From a virus (taxonomy: Duplodnaviria; Heunggongvirae; Uroviricota; Caudoviricetes; Crassvirales), in the IMG/VR virus record IMGVR_UViG_3300028048_000093: a DNA stretch of 40,086 nucleotides; one strand, given 5' to 3'. The translations under genes were made by a program, and so were the position numbers. Below, one piece after another: positions 6,627 through 16,121 of this stretch; position 1 is the first letter of the stretch; each line of letters opens with the position of its first letter. The notes beneath the pieces were generated by a model that did not search any database, had not been told where the DNA came from, and saw nothing but the letters and a program-made list of their open reading frames with translations.

Positions 6627-7775
6627 ATGGAAGGATTAGATTTTGAGAACATACTGGATGATGACCAGATGTCATTGTTCGGTGAACAAGAAGAGGAAAC
6701 TCCACCTGCCCAGGAGGAAGAGGAAACCCCTGGTGAGGAAGGTGGTAAAAAGAAAGATACAACCACTGCTGAGGTGGACCCAAACAATATGTTTGGTGGC
6801 TCACCAGAGAGCGTAGGCGGTGAAGAACACAAGGATAATGAGGAAGAACCTGAATCTACTGAGACTGGTGCTTCTCCTGACTTCTTCTCTTCCATTGCCA
6901 ATGCTCTTGTAGAGGAGGGTATCTTCCCAGACCTTGATGAAGAAACAACTAAGGGTATTAAGGATGCTGCTGGCCTGAGAAAGGCCATTGATGACCAAAT
7001 CAAAGCAGGTCTTACTGAGCAACAGAGAAGGGTTGCTGAGGCCCTTGAGAATGATGTAGAACCTTCACAGATTAGGCAGTATGAAGCTGCCATCCAATTC
7101 CTAGATGAAATTGATGAGGAGACCCTTACTGCTGAAGGTGATGAGGGTGAGAATCTGAGAAAGAGGATTATCTTCCAAGACTACATTAATAGAGGTTTCT
7201 CTAAAGACAGGGCAGAAAGGGAAGTAAAGAAGGCTCTTGAGAATGGTACTGATGTTGATGATGCTAAGGAAGCATTGGAAAGCAACAAGAACTTCTTCAA
7301 GGATGCCTATAAGAAAGTACTTGACGATGCAAGAGCAGAGAAAGAGAAGGAGGAAAATGAAGACAAGGCAAAGGCTGCTAGAATCAAGTCTTCAATCCTT
7401 GATGGAGAAATCAAGTTCTTCGGTGATGTAGAGATTGACAAGGCTACAAGGCAAAGGGCATTTGATGTCATTACCAAGCCTATCTACAAAGACCCTAAGA
7501 CTGGACAGACCTACACAGCAGTGCAAAAGATGGAACTGGATAATAGTGAAGAGTTCTTTGCCAAGTTAGGTCTCATTTATGCTCTTACAGATGGTATGAA
7601 GTCCATTGATGGACTGGTCAAAAAGAAGGTTAATAAAGAGGTAAAGAGAGGTCTCTCTGCACTAGAGAGTAAAATCAACGGCACTCAAAGGGACTCTAGA
7701 GGTAATCTGAAGTTTGCTAGTGGGGTTGATGATACTGAGTCTATCTTGGGCAAGGGAATGAAACTCGACCTATAA
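6627..7775 (+). CDS. Acidic protein upstream of the major capsid gene, putative scaffolding protein
   Basis: 382 aa, very acidic disordered N-terminus and helical core; conserved position before MCP in crAss-like phages. Confidence 0.65.
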   Translation: MEGLDFENILDDDQMSLFGEQEEETPPAQEEEETPGEEGGKKKDTTTAEVDPNNMFGGSPESVGGEEHKDNEEEPESTETGASPDFFSSIANALVEEGIFPDLDEETTKGIKDAAGLRKAIDDQIKAGLTEQQRRVAEALENDVEPSQIRQYEAAIQFLDEIDEETLTAEGDEGENLRKRIIFQDYINRGFSKDRAEREVKKALENGTDVDDAKEALESNKNFFKDAYKKVLDDARAEKEKEENEDKAKAARIKSSILDGEIKFFGDVEIDKATRQRAFDVITKPIYKDPKTGQTYTAVQKMELDNSEEFFAKLGLIYALTDGMKSIDGLVKKKVNKEVKRGLSALESKINGTQRDSRGNLKFASGVDDTESILGKGMKLDL

Positions 7776-7806
7776 ACAATCAAATAATTCCTAATTTAAC
7801 AAACTT

Positions 7807-9312
7807 ATGGCTAGAAATTTGCTTGGTAAATTTCAAACGATGGAGTTTAGTTCATGGAAAGGTCTAACTAAGGATAATCACCTTGGAGCCATTTTCCGTG
7901 CAGCACCTCAGAAAGCTAGCAACCTGATGGTTCAGCTTCTAGCACAGAAGAGGGGCAAGACTCTTGACACTCTACTCAGCCAGTTCCCAACTAGGGAGTT
8001 TGAGACAGCTGATGAGTACTTCTGGGATGTTATTGGCAGCACACGTCAGAACATTCCTCTGATTGAGGCTAGGGATGAGAATGGTACTGTAGTTACTGCT
8101 GCTAGCGGTAATATTGGTGCAGGCACTGCTCCCTTCTACCTCGTATTTGGTAAAGACTGGTTTGCTGATGGTGAGTTCATCGTTGGTAATCTGAATGAGG
8201 TTTACCAGTTCAGAGTCCTTGGTGATGCAAGGATGGAGGGTACTAATGCAGTCTACAGAGTAGAACTTGCAGGTGGTAACGAGGATGGTGTTCCAGCTGA
8301 GAGACTTCTTGCAGGTGAGCTATTCAGCATTGAGGCAGCCTTCGTTGAGGGTGAAATGTCCAGAGAGGTTGGTGATGTGAGGTTCGCTTCACCTGTTTCT
8401 ATGAGAAACGAGTTCTCTCACATTAGAATCAAGCACAAGGTTCCTGGTAACAAGCTGAACAGAAAGCTGGCTGTTGGTGTGCCTATCATCGTTGACAACA
8501 AGAAGGGCACCACAAATATGTGGATGCACTATGTAGACTATGCTGTGGAGACACAGTTTGCAGACTACAAGAACAATGCTATGGCCTTTGGTAGGTCTAA
8601 CAGAAACTCTAATGGTGAGTACACTAACATTGGTAAGTCAGGTAATGTCATTAAGACTGGTGCAGGTCTTTATGAGCAGATGGAGGTAGCTAACACACTG
8701 TACTACAATGTGTTCTCTCTGAAGCTTATTGAGGAGGCACTTTATGACCTGTCTTATGGTGAGCTTGACCTGAAGAACAGAGTCTTCCTTATGAGGACTG
8801 GTGAGAAGGGTGCTATCCAATTCCACAAGGCTATCCTTGCTGAGGTTAGTGGCTGGTCAATGTTCACACTCAATGGTGATGCACTCTCTGTTGTTCAGAA
8901 AGCTGACAGCCCACTGCACAACAATGCTCTAAAGGCTGGCTTCCAGTTTGTAGAGTATATGGCTCCTAACGGTGTTACACTGAAGCTGGAGGTAGACCCA
9001 TACTATGATGACCAAGTGAGAAACAAGATTCAGCATCCTCTGGGTGGTCCTGCTTTCTCATATAGGTATGACATCATGGAGATTGGTACTATGGACCAGC
9101 CTAACATCTTTAAGTGTACTGTTAAGGATGAGCCTGAGTACAGAGGTTATCAGTGGGGTCCATTTAGGAATCCATTCACAGGTGAGGCTAACAATCCTTA
9201 TGCTAGCTTCGATGAGGATGCTGCTGTTATCCACAAGTATGCAACCTTCGGTGTATGTGTTCTTGACCCAACTAGAACTATGTCTATCATCCCTGCTATC
9301 CTACAGGGTTAA
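7807..9312 (+). CDS. Major capsid protein, crAss-like
   Basis: 501 aa; crAss-type N-terminus (WKGLTKDNHLGAIF); highly biased codons; followed by a strong terminator. Confidence 0.9.
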   Translation: MARNLLGKFQTMEFSSWKGLTKDNHLGAIFRAAPQKASNLMVQLLAQKRGKTLDTLLSQFPTREFETADEYFWDVIGSTRQNIPLIEARDENGTVVTAASGNIGAGTAPFYLVFGKDWFADGEFIVGNLNEVYQFRVLGDARMEGTNAVYRVELAGGNEDGVPAERLLAGELFSIEAAFVEGEMSREVGDVRFASPVSMRNEFSHIRIKHKVPGNKLNRKLAVGVPIIVDNKKGTTNMWMHYVDYAVETQFADYKNNAMAFGRSNRNSNGEYTNIGKSGNVIKTGAGLYEQMEVANTLYYNVFSLKLIEEALYDLSYGELDLKNRVFLMRTGEKGAIQFHKAILAEVSGWSMFTLNGDALSVVQKADSPLHNNALKAGFQFVEYMAPNGVTLKLEVDPYYDDQVRNKIQHPLGGPAFSYRYDIMEIGTMDQPNIFKCTVKDEPEYRGYQWGPFRNPFTGEANNPYASFDEDAAVIHKYATFGVCVLDPTRTMSIIPAILQG

Positions 9313-9331
9313 TCATAGGACGCTAGAACAT

Positions 9332-9365
9332 GAGGGAGGGGAAATCTCTCCTCCCTCTTTCTTTT
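9332..9365 (+). terminator. Rho-independent terminator after MCP
   Basis: gagggagggga-aatc-tctcctccctc followed by tttctttt. Confidence 0.8.
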
Positions 9366-9385
9366 AATAATTAAGGAGAACTAAA

Positions 9386-10399
9386 ATGGCACAAGAGAAG
9401 AAAGAAGCAGCAGTAATGCTGGATGAAGAGGCTATCAATGCTGAAGAAAGAATACAGGTGCCCATCCCTCCCAAGGAGGAGACAGAGACACCTAGAGTTA
9501 CCAAGTTGTCTGAGGAAAGAGAGGAACTTGTAAGCTGTCTCAGGAATGAGAAGGTTATTGTAAGGTTCATTTCTAGGGCAAGAGGTATGGTTACTAACCC
9601 TGACCACATTCTTTTTGGTGGTATGGCTAATGGTTCAAAGATGAGCCTTACTGTACCTCTGTTAAGGTCAGGCGGCTTTGCAGATGTGCTTACCAAAGCT
9701 GAAAAGAAATTCCTTGAGTGGAAGATGGGTCTTGAACCCAATGCCCTCAGTGTTCACAACAGGACTAACAACTTCTGGAGTGATGCTAATGAGCAGGGTA
9801 TTGGTAGGGTAGTACTTATCAAGGGAGACAATCCACTTGATTTGTCCAAGCCTATTGATTATATCAAGTACAAGATTCTGCTGGCTAATAAGGAGAAGAT
9901 TGCTCCTTCAATGTCAGCTCTTCAGGACAAGCCTAAGGCTACTTACAGATTTGTGATTATCAGTGAGTCTGATACAGCCAAGGCAGCTAACATCAAGGTA
10001 GGTCTTAAGCAGCAGGCTTATATGGAGTTTGGTAAACTGAGTGAGGACAGGGATAAGTTGAGGGTTATCATTGAAACCCTTGATGGCAGACCCACAGCCA
10101 GTGATAGCAAACTTGAGTATCTACAGGGTAAGGTTGGTGAACTCATTGAGGCTAACACCAAGATGTTCCTCAGTGTGGCTAGAGACCCACTCTTGGATAA
10201 CAAAGTTCTAATTAAGAAAGCAATCGAGGCTGGTATCATTGCTAACAGAGGCAACTACCTCTATATGAGGGACAGCAACACACCTCTGTGTGACAATGGT
10301 CAAGAGCCTACACTAAATATTGCTGCCAAGTTCCTGAGCCTTGCAAAGCATCAGGAACTTAAGTTCAGCATCGAGGCAAAACTTAAAGCAACAGAATAA
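9386..10399 (+). CDS. Conserved crAss-like protein immediately downstream of MCP, function unknown
   Basis: 337-aa ORF at the conserved post-MCP position. Confidence 0.75.
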   Translation: MAQEKKEAAVMLDEEAINAEERIQVPIPPKEETETPRVTKLSEEREELVSCLRNEKVIVRFISRARGMVTNPDHILFGGMANGSKMSLTVPLLRSGGFADVLTKAEKKFLEWKMGLEPNALSVHNRTNNFWSDANEQGIGRVVLIKGDNPLDLSKPIDYIKYKILLANKEKIAPSMSALQDKPKATYRFVIISESDTAKAANIKVGLKQQAYMEFGKLSEDRDKLRVIIETLDGRPTASDSKLEYLQGKVGELIEANTKMFLSVARDPLLDNKVLIKKAIEAGIIANRGNYLYMRDSNTPLCDNGQEPTLNIAAKFLSLAKHQELKFSIEAKLKATE

Positions 10400-10400
10400 T

Positions 10401-11306
10401 ATGACAGGACCAGAATTTTCAGACCAGTTTGATGTATTATTCAACAATATAACAAGCAATCAAGCACCAGGTTTGAATGAGTATGAGAAGGCAGTATTCC
10501 TGACTAAGGCTCAGGATGAACTGATTAAGAATTACTTCTTGCCACAGAGCAATTCTAAGCAGGCAGGATTTGATGATAATCCAAAGAGACAGATGGACTT
10601 CTCATTGCTTATGAATACACACGGAGCTACTCCTATTGCAGGTGCTGGCTCTACAGCTGGGGCTGAGGATTATGACCCTATGGGCAGGGGGGCTGATGTT
10701 TATGACCCTAGAGGCAAGCTCTTTGAAATGCCATCTGACCTATTCATTCCTATCAATGAGTCTCTAAGGTTTGTAGTTAAAAGTGAGGGTGGCTATCATG
10801 GGTCCAATCCACATTATACTACAAAGTTTCAGAGACAGGTTATTCCTCTTAGTATGGAGGAATACACTAGGCAAATGAGCAAACCTTATAAGGAGCCTCT
10901 TAAATATCAGGCTTGGAGACTATTGGTGAATAATGCCATTAGGAAAACTGGTGGCTCCACTGATGGTAAGCTTGCTGAAATCATCGCAGGTCACAATGAC
11001 TTGAAATGGCTTAATGCTAGTACTGATGAAGAAACTAGGCTGATGCAGTATGTTATCAGATACATCAGGAAGCCTAAGCCAATTATCATTGCTCCTATAG
11101 ATTCTTACAATGTAAGTATCAATGGTCAAGATGGTACTGACTCAAACTACTACACATTAGATACTGATGGTGTTAGCATCCTCAATCCTTGTGAGTTGGA
11201 TGAGTCACTCCATGAGGAGATTCTCCAAAGGGCTGTTGAACTTGCTAAGATTGCTTGGGCAGGTGAACCTGCTGCTACTGTGCAGGCAGGACAAAGAAGT
11301 GAGTAA
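10401..11306 (+). CDS. Tail ring protein (crAss-like), paralog of 11327-12040
   Basis: Start set at ATG 10401 (TAA-T-ATG junction). Shares EFSDxF, EYEKxxFLTKAQxEL, YxxKPxPII and CxLxExLHxxILxRAV with the next gene. Confidence 0.7.
   Translation: MTGPEFSDQFDVLFNNITSNQAPGLNEYEKAVFLTKAQDELIKNYFLPQSNSKQAGFDDNPKRQMDFSLLMNTHGATPIAGAGSTAGAEDYDPMGRGADVYDPRGKLFEMPSDLFIPINESLRFVVKSEGGYHGSNPHYTTKFQRQVIPLSMEEYTRQMSKPYKEPLKYQAWRLLVNNAIRKTGGSTDGKLAEIIAGHNDLKWLNASTDEETRLMQYVIRYIRKPKPIIIAPIDSYNVSINGQDGTDSNYYTLDTDGVSILNPCELDESLHEEILQRAVELAKIAWAGEPAATVQAGQRSE
10659..10718 (+). repeat. 30-nt tandem duplication inside the ring-protein gene
   Basis: ggggctgaggattatgaccctatgggcagg / ggggctgatgtttatgaccctagaggcaag, 25/30 identical; encodes GAEDYDPMGR / GADVYDPRGK. 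Confidence 0.85.
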
Positions 11307-11326
11307 TTAACATAAGGTAAACAACT

Positions 11327-12040
11327 ATGACGAACCAAGAGTTTAGTGATACTTTTACTACTCTGCTAAACAGCTATAACACTCAGGCTCAATTTGGTGA
11401 GCAAGCTTCAAAGAGAGAGATTGTGCTGGATGAATATGAGAAGTCCTTCTTCCTTACAAAGGCACAAGAAGAACTGGTAGTGAACTTCTACAATGGGAAG
11501 AACCCTTATGGGGACTCCTTTGAGAGCACTGAAGAACTGAGGAGATACCTTGATAACCTGGTAGTTACCAAGGTTTACTCAGCCAGTGAGCAAGTCAGTG
11601 GTACTGGGGTGTCTACTAGTTCAGTGTTCTATAAGCTGCCAGAGAAACTAGCCTTTATCACAATGGAGCAAATCACCTATGGTGATGAGAGCCTAGGCTG
11701 TTACAATGGCAGTTCTGCTAATGTCTATCCCATCACACAGGATGAGTATAGCAGAGTAAAGAACAATCCCTTCAGGGGTCCAACCAAGTATAAAGCCCTT
11801 AGGCTTGATGCTGGTGAGGGTGTTGTGGAGTTGGTCTCGAAGTATAGAATAGAGAGCTATTTGGTGAGGTACTTAGCCAAGCCAGAGCCTATTATACTGG
11901 AAGACCTTCCCAATGGCCTTACTATTGACGGGGTTAGTTCTCAAACAGAGTGCAAGTTGAATGAGATATTGCACAACACTATACTGGAGAGGGCAGTCCA
12001 AATAGGTCTGCAATCAAAAGGTGTTAGTGTCAGCAAGTAA
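11327..12040 (+). CDS. Tail ring protein (crAss-like)
   Basis: 237 aa; clear paralogy with the upstream gene; synteny. Confidence 0.7.
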   Translation: MTNQEFSDTFTTLLNSYNTQAQFGEQASKREIVLDEYEKSFFLTKAQEELVVNFYNGKNPYGDSFESTEELRRYLDNLVVTKVYSASEQVSGTGVSTSSVFYKLPEKLAFITMEQITYGDESLGCYNGSSANVYPITQDEYSRVKNNPFRGPTKYKALRLDAGEGVVELVSKYRIESYLVRYLAKPEPIILEDLPNGLTIDGVSSQTECKLNEILHNTILERAVQIGLQSKGVSVSK

Positions 12041-12069
12041 CTTATTTGTTTAATTAAACATTTACAACA

Positions 12070-13074
12070 ATGAACATTTTTACAGCGAATCAGGTAAACC
12101 AGGTTTACGTTGCCAATGCTTACAAGGCAAGCAAACTCGCTAAGACAGATGCAGTGGGTACTATCACTGTAGGTAAAAACAGTGTTGAAAATGCCATCTA
12201 CGTTCAGCAGATTGGTGCAGGCGGCCTCCAGAGGTCTGACCTCATTGATGTGAACAAGATTCTCTATGCAAAGGCTACTAAGGCCAGTGCAATGGCTAGG
12301 AAGCTGAAGGTGGCTACTGTGACACTTGATAGCAATGTGAATGGAGGTGCTCCTGTTGCAGGTCAGGATTATATCCTGAGAATTGCCTTCACACACGTTA
12401 TCTCAATTTCTCCTGAGAACCAGTACTGGAAGTATGGTGCAGTTCATGCTTACAAGAACATGACAGCATCTGACTTCTACAAGACTATGGCTCTTAGCAT
12501 TGCTAAGAATATGTCAAGGGAGGCAGTGAAACTAGTTGCCGTTTATCTGGGTAACACAGAGGTTACTCCTGAGACTAAGGAGTCAGACCTCAATGGTAGC
12601 TACAGCTCAATTATCATCAAGGAGGTTGAGCAGGATTGGATTCTTGGTATCAAGCAGCAGAGACCTGTTCAGTTTACCGTAGAGCCTACCAACATCAAGG
12701 TTGATGGTGAGGAAGTCATCTGGGGCAAGACAGCCTACAGTGATGGTGCTACCATTGGCAATGGTAAGGAAATGGCAGACTACGAGTACTTCTACATGGG
12801 TGAGAGAGGAGACCAGTACAGAATGGTGAACTGGCCTAACTATGTACCTACCAAGTATCTTGTTGACCCAACCAAGGAGTATGACACTATTGCAATTCAC
12901 TTTGCATACACTGGTGCCAACCACTCAGTACAGATGTCGGAGAAGGATATTACTATCCTAGTTCCTGCTGATGCTACAGTTGGTTCAGGTGAAAACGCTG
13001 CAAGTCTTACAAACACTATCATTGCTGCTATCAACACAGCAGTGGGTTCAACAGTGATTGCACCTCTTGCATAA
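12070..13074 (+). CDS. Putative auxiliary capsid/decoration protein (crAss-like)
   Basis: 334 aa, beta-rich, codon bias like MCP, followed by a terminator; synteny with PhiCrAss001 as recalled. Confidence 0.6.
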   Translation: MNIFTANQVNQVYVANAYKASKLAKTDAVGTITVGKNSVENAIYVQQIGAGGLQRSDLIDVNKILYAKATKASAMARKLKVATVTLDSNVNGGAPVAGQDYILRIAFTHVISISPENQYWKYGAVHAYKNMTASDFYKTMALSIAKNMSREAVKLVAVYLGNTEVTPETKESDLNGSYSSIIIKEVEQDWILGIKQQRPVQFTVEPTNIKVDGEEVIWGKTAYSDGATIGNGKEMADYEYFYMGERGDQYRMVNWPNYVPTKYLVDPTKEYDTIAIHFAYTGANHSVQMSEKDITILVPADATVGSGENAASLTNTIIAAINTAVGSTVIAPLA

Positions 13075-13077
13075 CTT

Positions 13078-13106
13078 ATAGGGAGGGTAACACCTCCCTA
13101 TTTTTG
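13078..13106 (+). terminator. Rho-independent terminator
   Basis: atagggagg-gtaaca-cctccctat followed by a T run. Confidence 0.8.
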
Positions 13107-13131
13107 TTTTACAGAGTAAGTACAAAAGGAT

Positions 13132-13743
13132 ATGATACATTTCAATGAACTCAATATTACTCCTGATGGTAAGTACCTTATCATTGATGTAAGTGTGCTC
13201 AATGAGAAATACTACAAGGATGTCTACCTTGAGAGTATCATCATTGATAATCAGGACACTTATGTGGGTAGTGGCCCAAGTACTACTCCTGTGTATTCCT
13301 ACACTGTACCTACTGAGGGTACAGTAAGGCTGAAGAGAATGGGTAAGACCATTACACCTACTTACAATACAAAGCACTTAAGGCTGGAGCTTGCTCCACA
13401 AGACCTAGTGGGTAATACCCTAGAGGGTCTTTTCTTTGTGTATGTGAGGGTGAAAGGTACTCCTACATCAGATGTTCCCTGTGGTCTTGATAATGTAACC
13501 ACTATGGGCACAGTGACTAATGTGTACCCATTCTACCAGCAGGCTATGCAGAACATTGGTGAACTTGCTGATAGGTGTAATCCTCCTCAGGGATTCACTG
13601 ACTGGATTCTTAAACTAAAGGCTCTTGAGCTTGCTATCAGGACAGGTAACTATCCTGAGGCTATCAAGTACTATAATAGGTTCTTTGCAGGCAAGAGCAA
13701 TATAGTAATCAGGAAAGGAGGTTGTGGCTGTGGAGGTGCTTAA
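13132..13743 (+). CDS. Putative tail/fibre hub protein A
   Basis: 203 aa ending in GGCGCGGA; synteny. Confidence 0.5.
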   Translation: MIHFNELNITPDGKYLIIDVSVLNEKYYKDVYLESIIIDNQDTYVGSGPSTTPVYSYTVPTEGTVRLKRMGKTITPTYNTKHLRLELAPQDLVGNTLEGLFFVYVRVKGTPTSDVPCGLDNVTTMGTVTNVYPFYQQAMQNIGELADRCNPPQGFTDWILKLKALELAIRTGNYPEAIKYYNRFFAGKSNIVIRKGGCGCGGA

Positions 13744-14092
13744 TGATGTACTGAAATCAATGGGCTACTACTTCAATGCACTCACTCAGTTTGGTTATAA
13801 GAAACAGAGTGATGTAGATAAGCTGATTATCTACAATTTCATTGAGGAAATGCTCACTGGTGAAATGAGGGAGTTTATCACAGAGTCTGATTACAGGACT
13901 ATTGAAAGGGCTTTGTACTGTCTTTACGGCAGCTCATGCCTTATCCCTTATCCTCAGTATGTCAATGATGATAATCTCTTTGGTCACAGAGACCCAGGTG
14001 GACTTATTACACCAAGACTCACTGAGGACAATGTTATCAGATTCACTGAAGATGACAGAGTGAGATTCAAGGCTACTAATTATAACGATTAA
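13724..14092 (+). CDS. Putative tail/fibre hub protein B
   Basis: GTG start (13724, or 13730 given GGAGG at 13717-13721); overlaps the upstream gene; C-terminal RxTED repeats. Confidence 0.5.
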   Translation: MAVEVLNDVLKSMGYYFNALTQFGYKKQSDVDKLIIYNFIEEMLTGEMREFITESDYRTIERALYCLYGSSCLIPYPQYVNDDNLFGHRDPGGLITPRLTEDNVIRFTEDDRVRFKATNYND

Positions 14093-14112
14093 GGTCATTA
14101 ACAAAATCAATT

Positions 14113-14158
14113 AATCTCTTGTAAGGGTCGTAGGAATTTACTACCTTTGCAAGAGATT
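14113..14158 (+). promoter_or_regulatory. TTG-N20-TAnnTTTG promoter enclosed in an inverted repeat
   Basis: ttg at 14119-14121, tacctttg at 14142-14149; arms aatctcttgtaa (14113-14124) and ttgcaagagatt (14147-14158). Confidence 0.75.
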
Positions 14159-14174
14159 TTTAATTAACAAAGGT

Positions 14175-14894
14175 ATGAGCACATATAAAGAACTAGTGTA
14201 TCTTATCCTAGATGAGCTTAAGGTGGTCAGTGATGACAGCCACTTTCAGGAAGAGCACGTCATAGCTTTGCTTGACCATTACAGGGTATTCCTGCTTAAG
14301 CAAAGGTATAGTGACATTAGGAAAGAGATACCAGACAGTAACTACCAGACTATCTGTGTAGACCTTGAGCAGGCTAATGCCATTAGTGGTGTACCCTGTG
14401 AAGGTAATGACTACATGAAGTCTGTAGGAAAGATACCTAAGATGATGCAGGTAGGCTCCCGTAAGATTTCCTCTGTGGATTTCTTTCAGGGTAACTTTGC
14501 CTATGTGGATAATGAGAGGTTCAAGTATGTAGGGTACAACAAGTACCTTAAGAACCAAATCTATGGTACTATTGCTCCTGACAGTCACCTTTATCTCAAA
14601 AGTAATAACCCACAACTATATTACTTGAACAAGGTTAAGGTAACTGGTATCTTTGAGGATAGTTCTGAGGTTGCTAATAACCAGTGTCCTGATGAGCAGG
14701 GTGAAACTACCTGTGACATTATGGATATGACTTTCCCCATTGAAGCATCGCTAGTACCACCTCTTGTGGAACTTATTGTCAAAGAGCTAAGTGGTAAGGT
14801 TTATCAACCTGAGGATGATGCTAACAATGCTACTGATGACCTTGACAGGCTGGCTTCTTACATAGCTAGGAATATGAAGAAAAGACAAGAATAA
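14175..14894 (+). CDS. Putative tail ring protein
   Basis: 239 aa; helical N-terminus, beta core and C-terminal FPIEASLVPPLVELIVKEL typical of the crAss ring family; synteny. Confidence 0.6.
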   Translation: MSTYKELVYLILDELKVVSDDSHFQEEHVIALLDHYRVFLLKQRYSDIRKEIPDSNYQTICVDLEQANAISGVPCEGNDYMKSVGKIPKMMQVGSRKISSVDFFQGNFAYVDNERFKYVGYNKYLKNQIYGTIAPDSHLYLKSNNPQLYYLNKVKVTGIFEDSSEVANNQCPDEQGETTCDIMDMTFPIEASLVPPLVELIVKELSGKVYQPEDDANNATDDLDRLASYIARNMKKRQE

Positions 14895-15442
14895 TGTATG
14901 AGGAGTTTAGGAAGAGAGTTATAAGGGGAGAAGAGCCACACACCTTTGAGGTTACTAACTCAAATGGTAATAAAGAGGCATGGAGGTGGCTTAAGAAGAA
15001 TAAGTGGCTTGATTTGGGACAGCCTATTACTGAAAAGGAGTTTGGTGTAATCATCAAGACCATCAATTCTTACCTTCGAGACCAACTGGTTCAAGGTAAG
15101 GATGTTGTACTCCCAGCTAGGATGGGCACATTAGAGATAAGGAAGTTTGAAGCCAAGTTATCTTTCAAGGATGGTAAGGTAGTTACCAACCTTCCTATTA
15201 ACTGGAAGAGAACCCTTGACCTCTGGTATGAGGATGATGATGCCAAAGAAAGCAAGACCCTTATAAGACAGGAGGACAGAACTAGGTTTGGAGTTCACTA
15301 TGATAAGAGTTCTGCAAACTATAACAACAAAGTCTTTTATAAGTTTATACCTGGCAGGTCTGTCAAGCTAGGTCTTAAAGAGAATATAATCAACAACAGG
15401 CTAGATGCCTTTCTCTTAAAAAGAAGAAATGAACTACACTAA
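14894..15442 (+). CDS. HU/IHF-like DNA-binding protein (crAss structural module)
   Basis: IIKTINSYLRDQLVQGKDVVLPARMGTLEIRK matches the HU/IHF helix-strand pattern; basic; conserved position. Confidence 0.7.
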   Translation: MYEEFRKRVIRGEEPHTFEVTNSNGNKEAWRWLKKNKWLDLGQPITEKEFGVIIKTINSYLRDQLVQGKDVVLPARMGTLEIRKFEAKLSFKDGKVVTNLPINWKRTLDLWYEDDDAKESKTLIRQEDRTRFGVHYDKSSANYNNKVFYKFIPGRSVKLGLKENIINNRLDAFLLKRRNELH

Positions 15443-16121
15443 CATTAAACTCATAATGGACAGGCTCACAAGACATCCTCTGATGAGTGATATTAACTTT
15501 GAGACTGTCGTGGACCTTGCAGTAGACTTTATCAGGATTGTGGGTACACCACCTTCATTCCTAGAGAAGACTGCTGAGGTGGAGATTAAGGATTACAGAG
15601 GTGAGCTTCCTTGTGACTTCTATGAAATGATTCAGGTCAGGACTATGAAGCATCCCAATGAGCATCAGCACACGTTCAGGTATTCCACAGACTCTTTCCA
15701 CTTGAGTCCACATAAGCCTAAGTGGTCTGACCTTACTTATAAGCTACAGGGCAGCTGTATATTCACTTCTGTCCCTGATGGTAAGGTAGAGATTGCTTAT
15801 AAGGCAATGCCCATTGATGAAGAGGGTTATCCCCTTATTCCTGACAACAGTTCATTCAGTAGGGCATTGGAACTATATATCAAGCTACAGTGGTTTACCA
15901 TTCAGTTTGATTTGGGTAAGATTTCTTCCCAAGTGCTTGCTAATACACAGCAGCAGTATGCTTGGGCAGTAGGTCAGGCACAGACTGATTTAATCAGACC
16001 TAGCCTTGACCAGATGGAAGCAATAAGCAATATGTGGAACAAGCTGCTGCCTGATGCTACAGCAGACCACAAGCATGGTTTCCTACATGAAGGTACTAAG
16101 GAACAAATGATTATACACTAA
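15429..16121 (+). CDS. Tail tubular/ring protein (P22 gp4-like in crAss annotations)
   Basis: 230 aa directly before the muzzle gene; synteny. Confidence 0.65.
   Translation: MNYTNIKLIMDRLTRHPLMSDINFETVVDLAVDFIRIVGTPPSFLEKTAEVEIKDYRGELPCDFYEMIQVRTMKHPNEHQHTFRYSTDSFHLSPHKPKWSDLTYKLQGSCIFTSVPDGKVEIAYKAMPIDEEGYPLIPDNSSFSRALELYIKLQWFTIQFDLGKISSQVLANTQQQYAWAVGQAQTDLIRPSLDQMEAISNMWNKLLPDATADHKHGFLHEGTKEQMIIH

Noticed and set aside
6690-6730. Short gaagaggaaac(t/c)cc repeat in the scaffold-like gene
   Set aside because: Low-complexity Glu-rich coding sequence (EEETP twice); unremarkable.
10341-10400. Ring protein start at 10341
   Set aside because: It overlaps the upstream gene by 59 nt. The paralog alignment (MTGPEFSD versus MTNQEFSD) supports ATG 10401.
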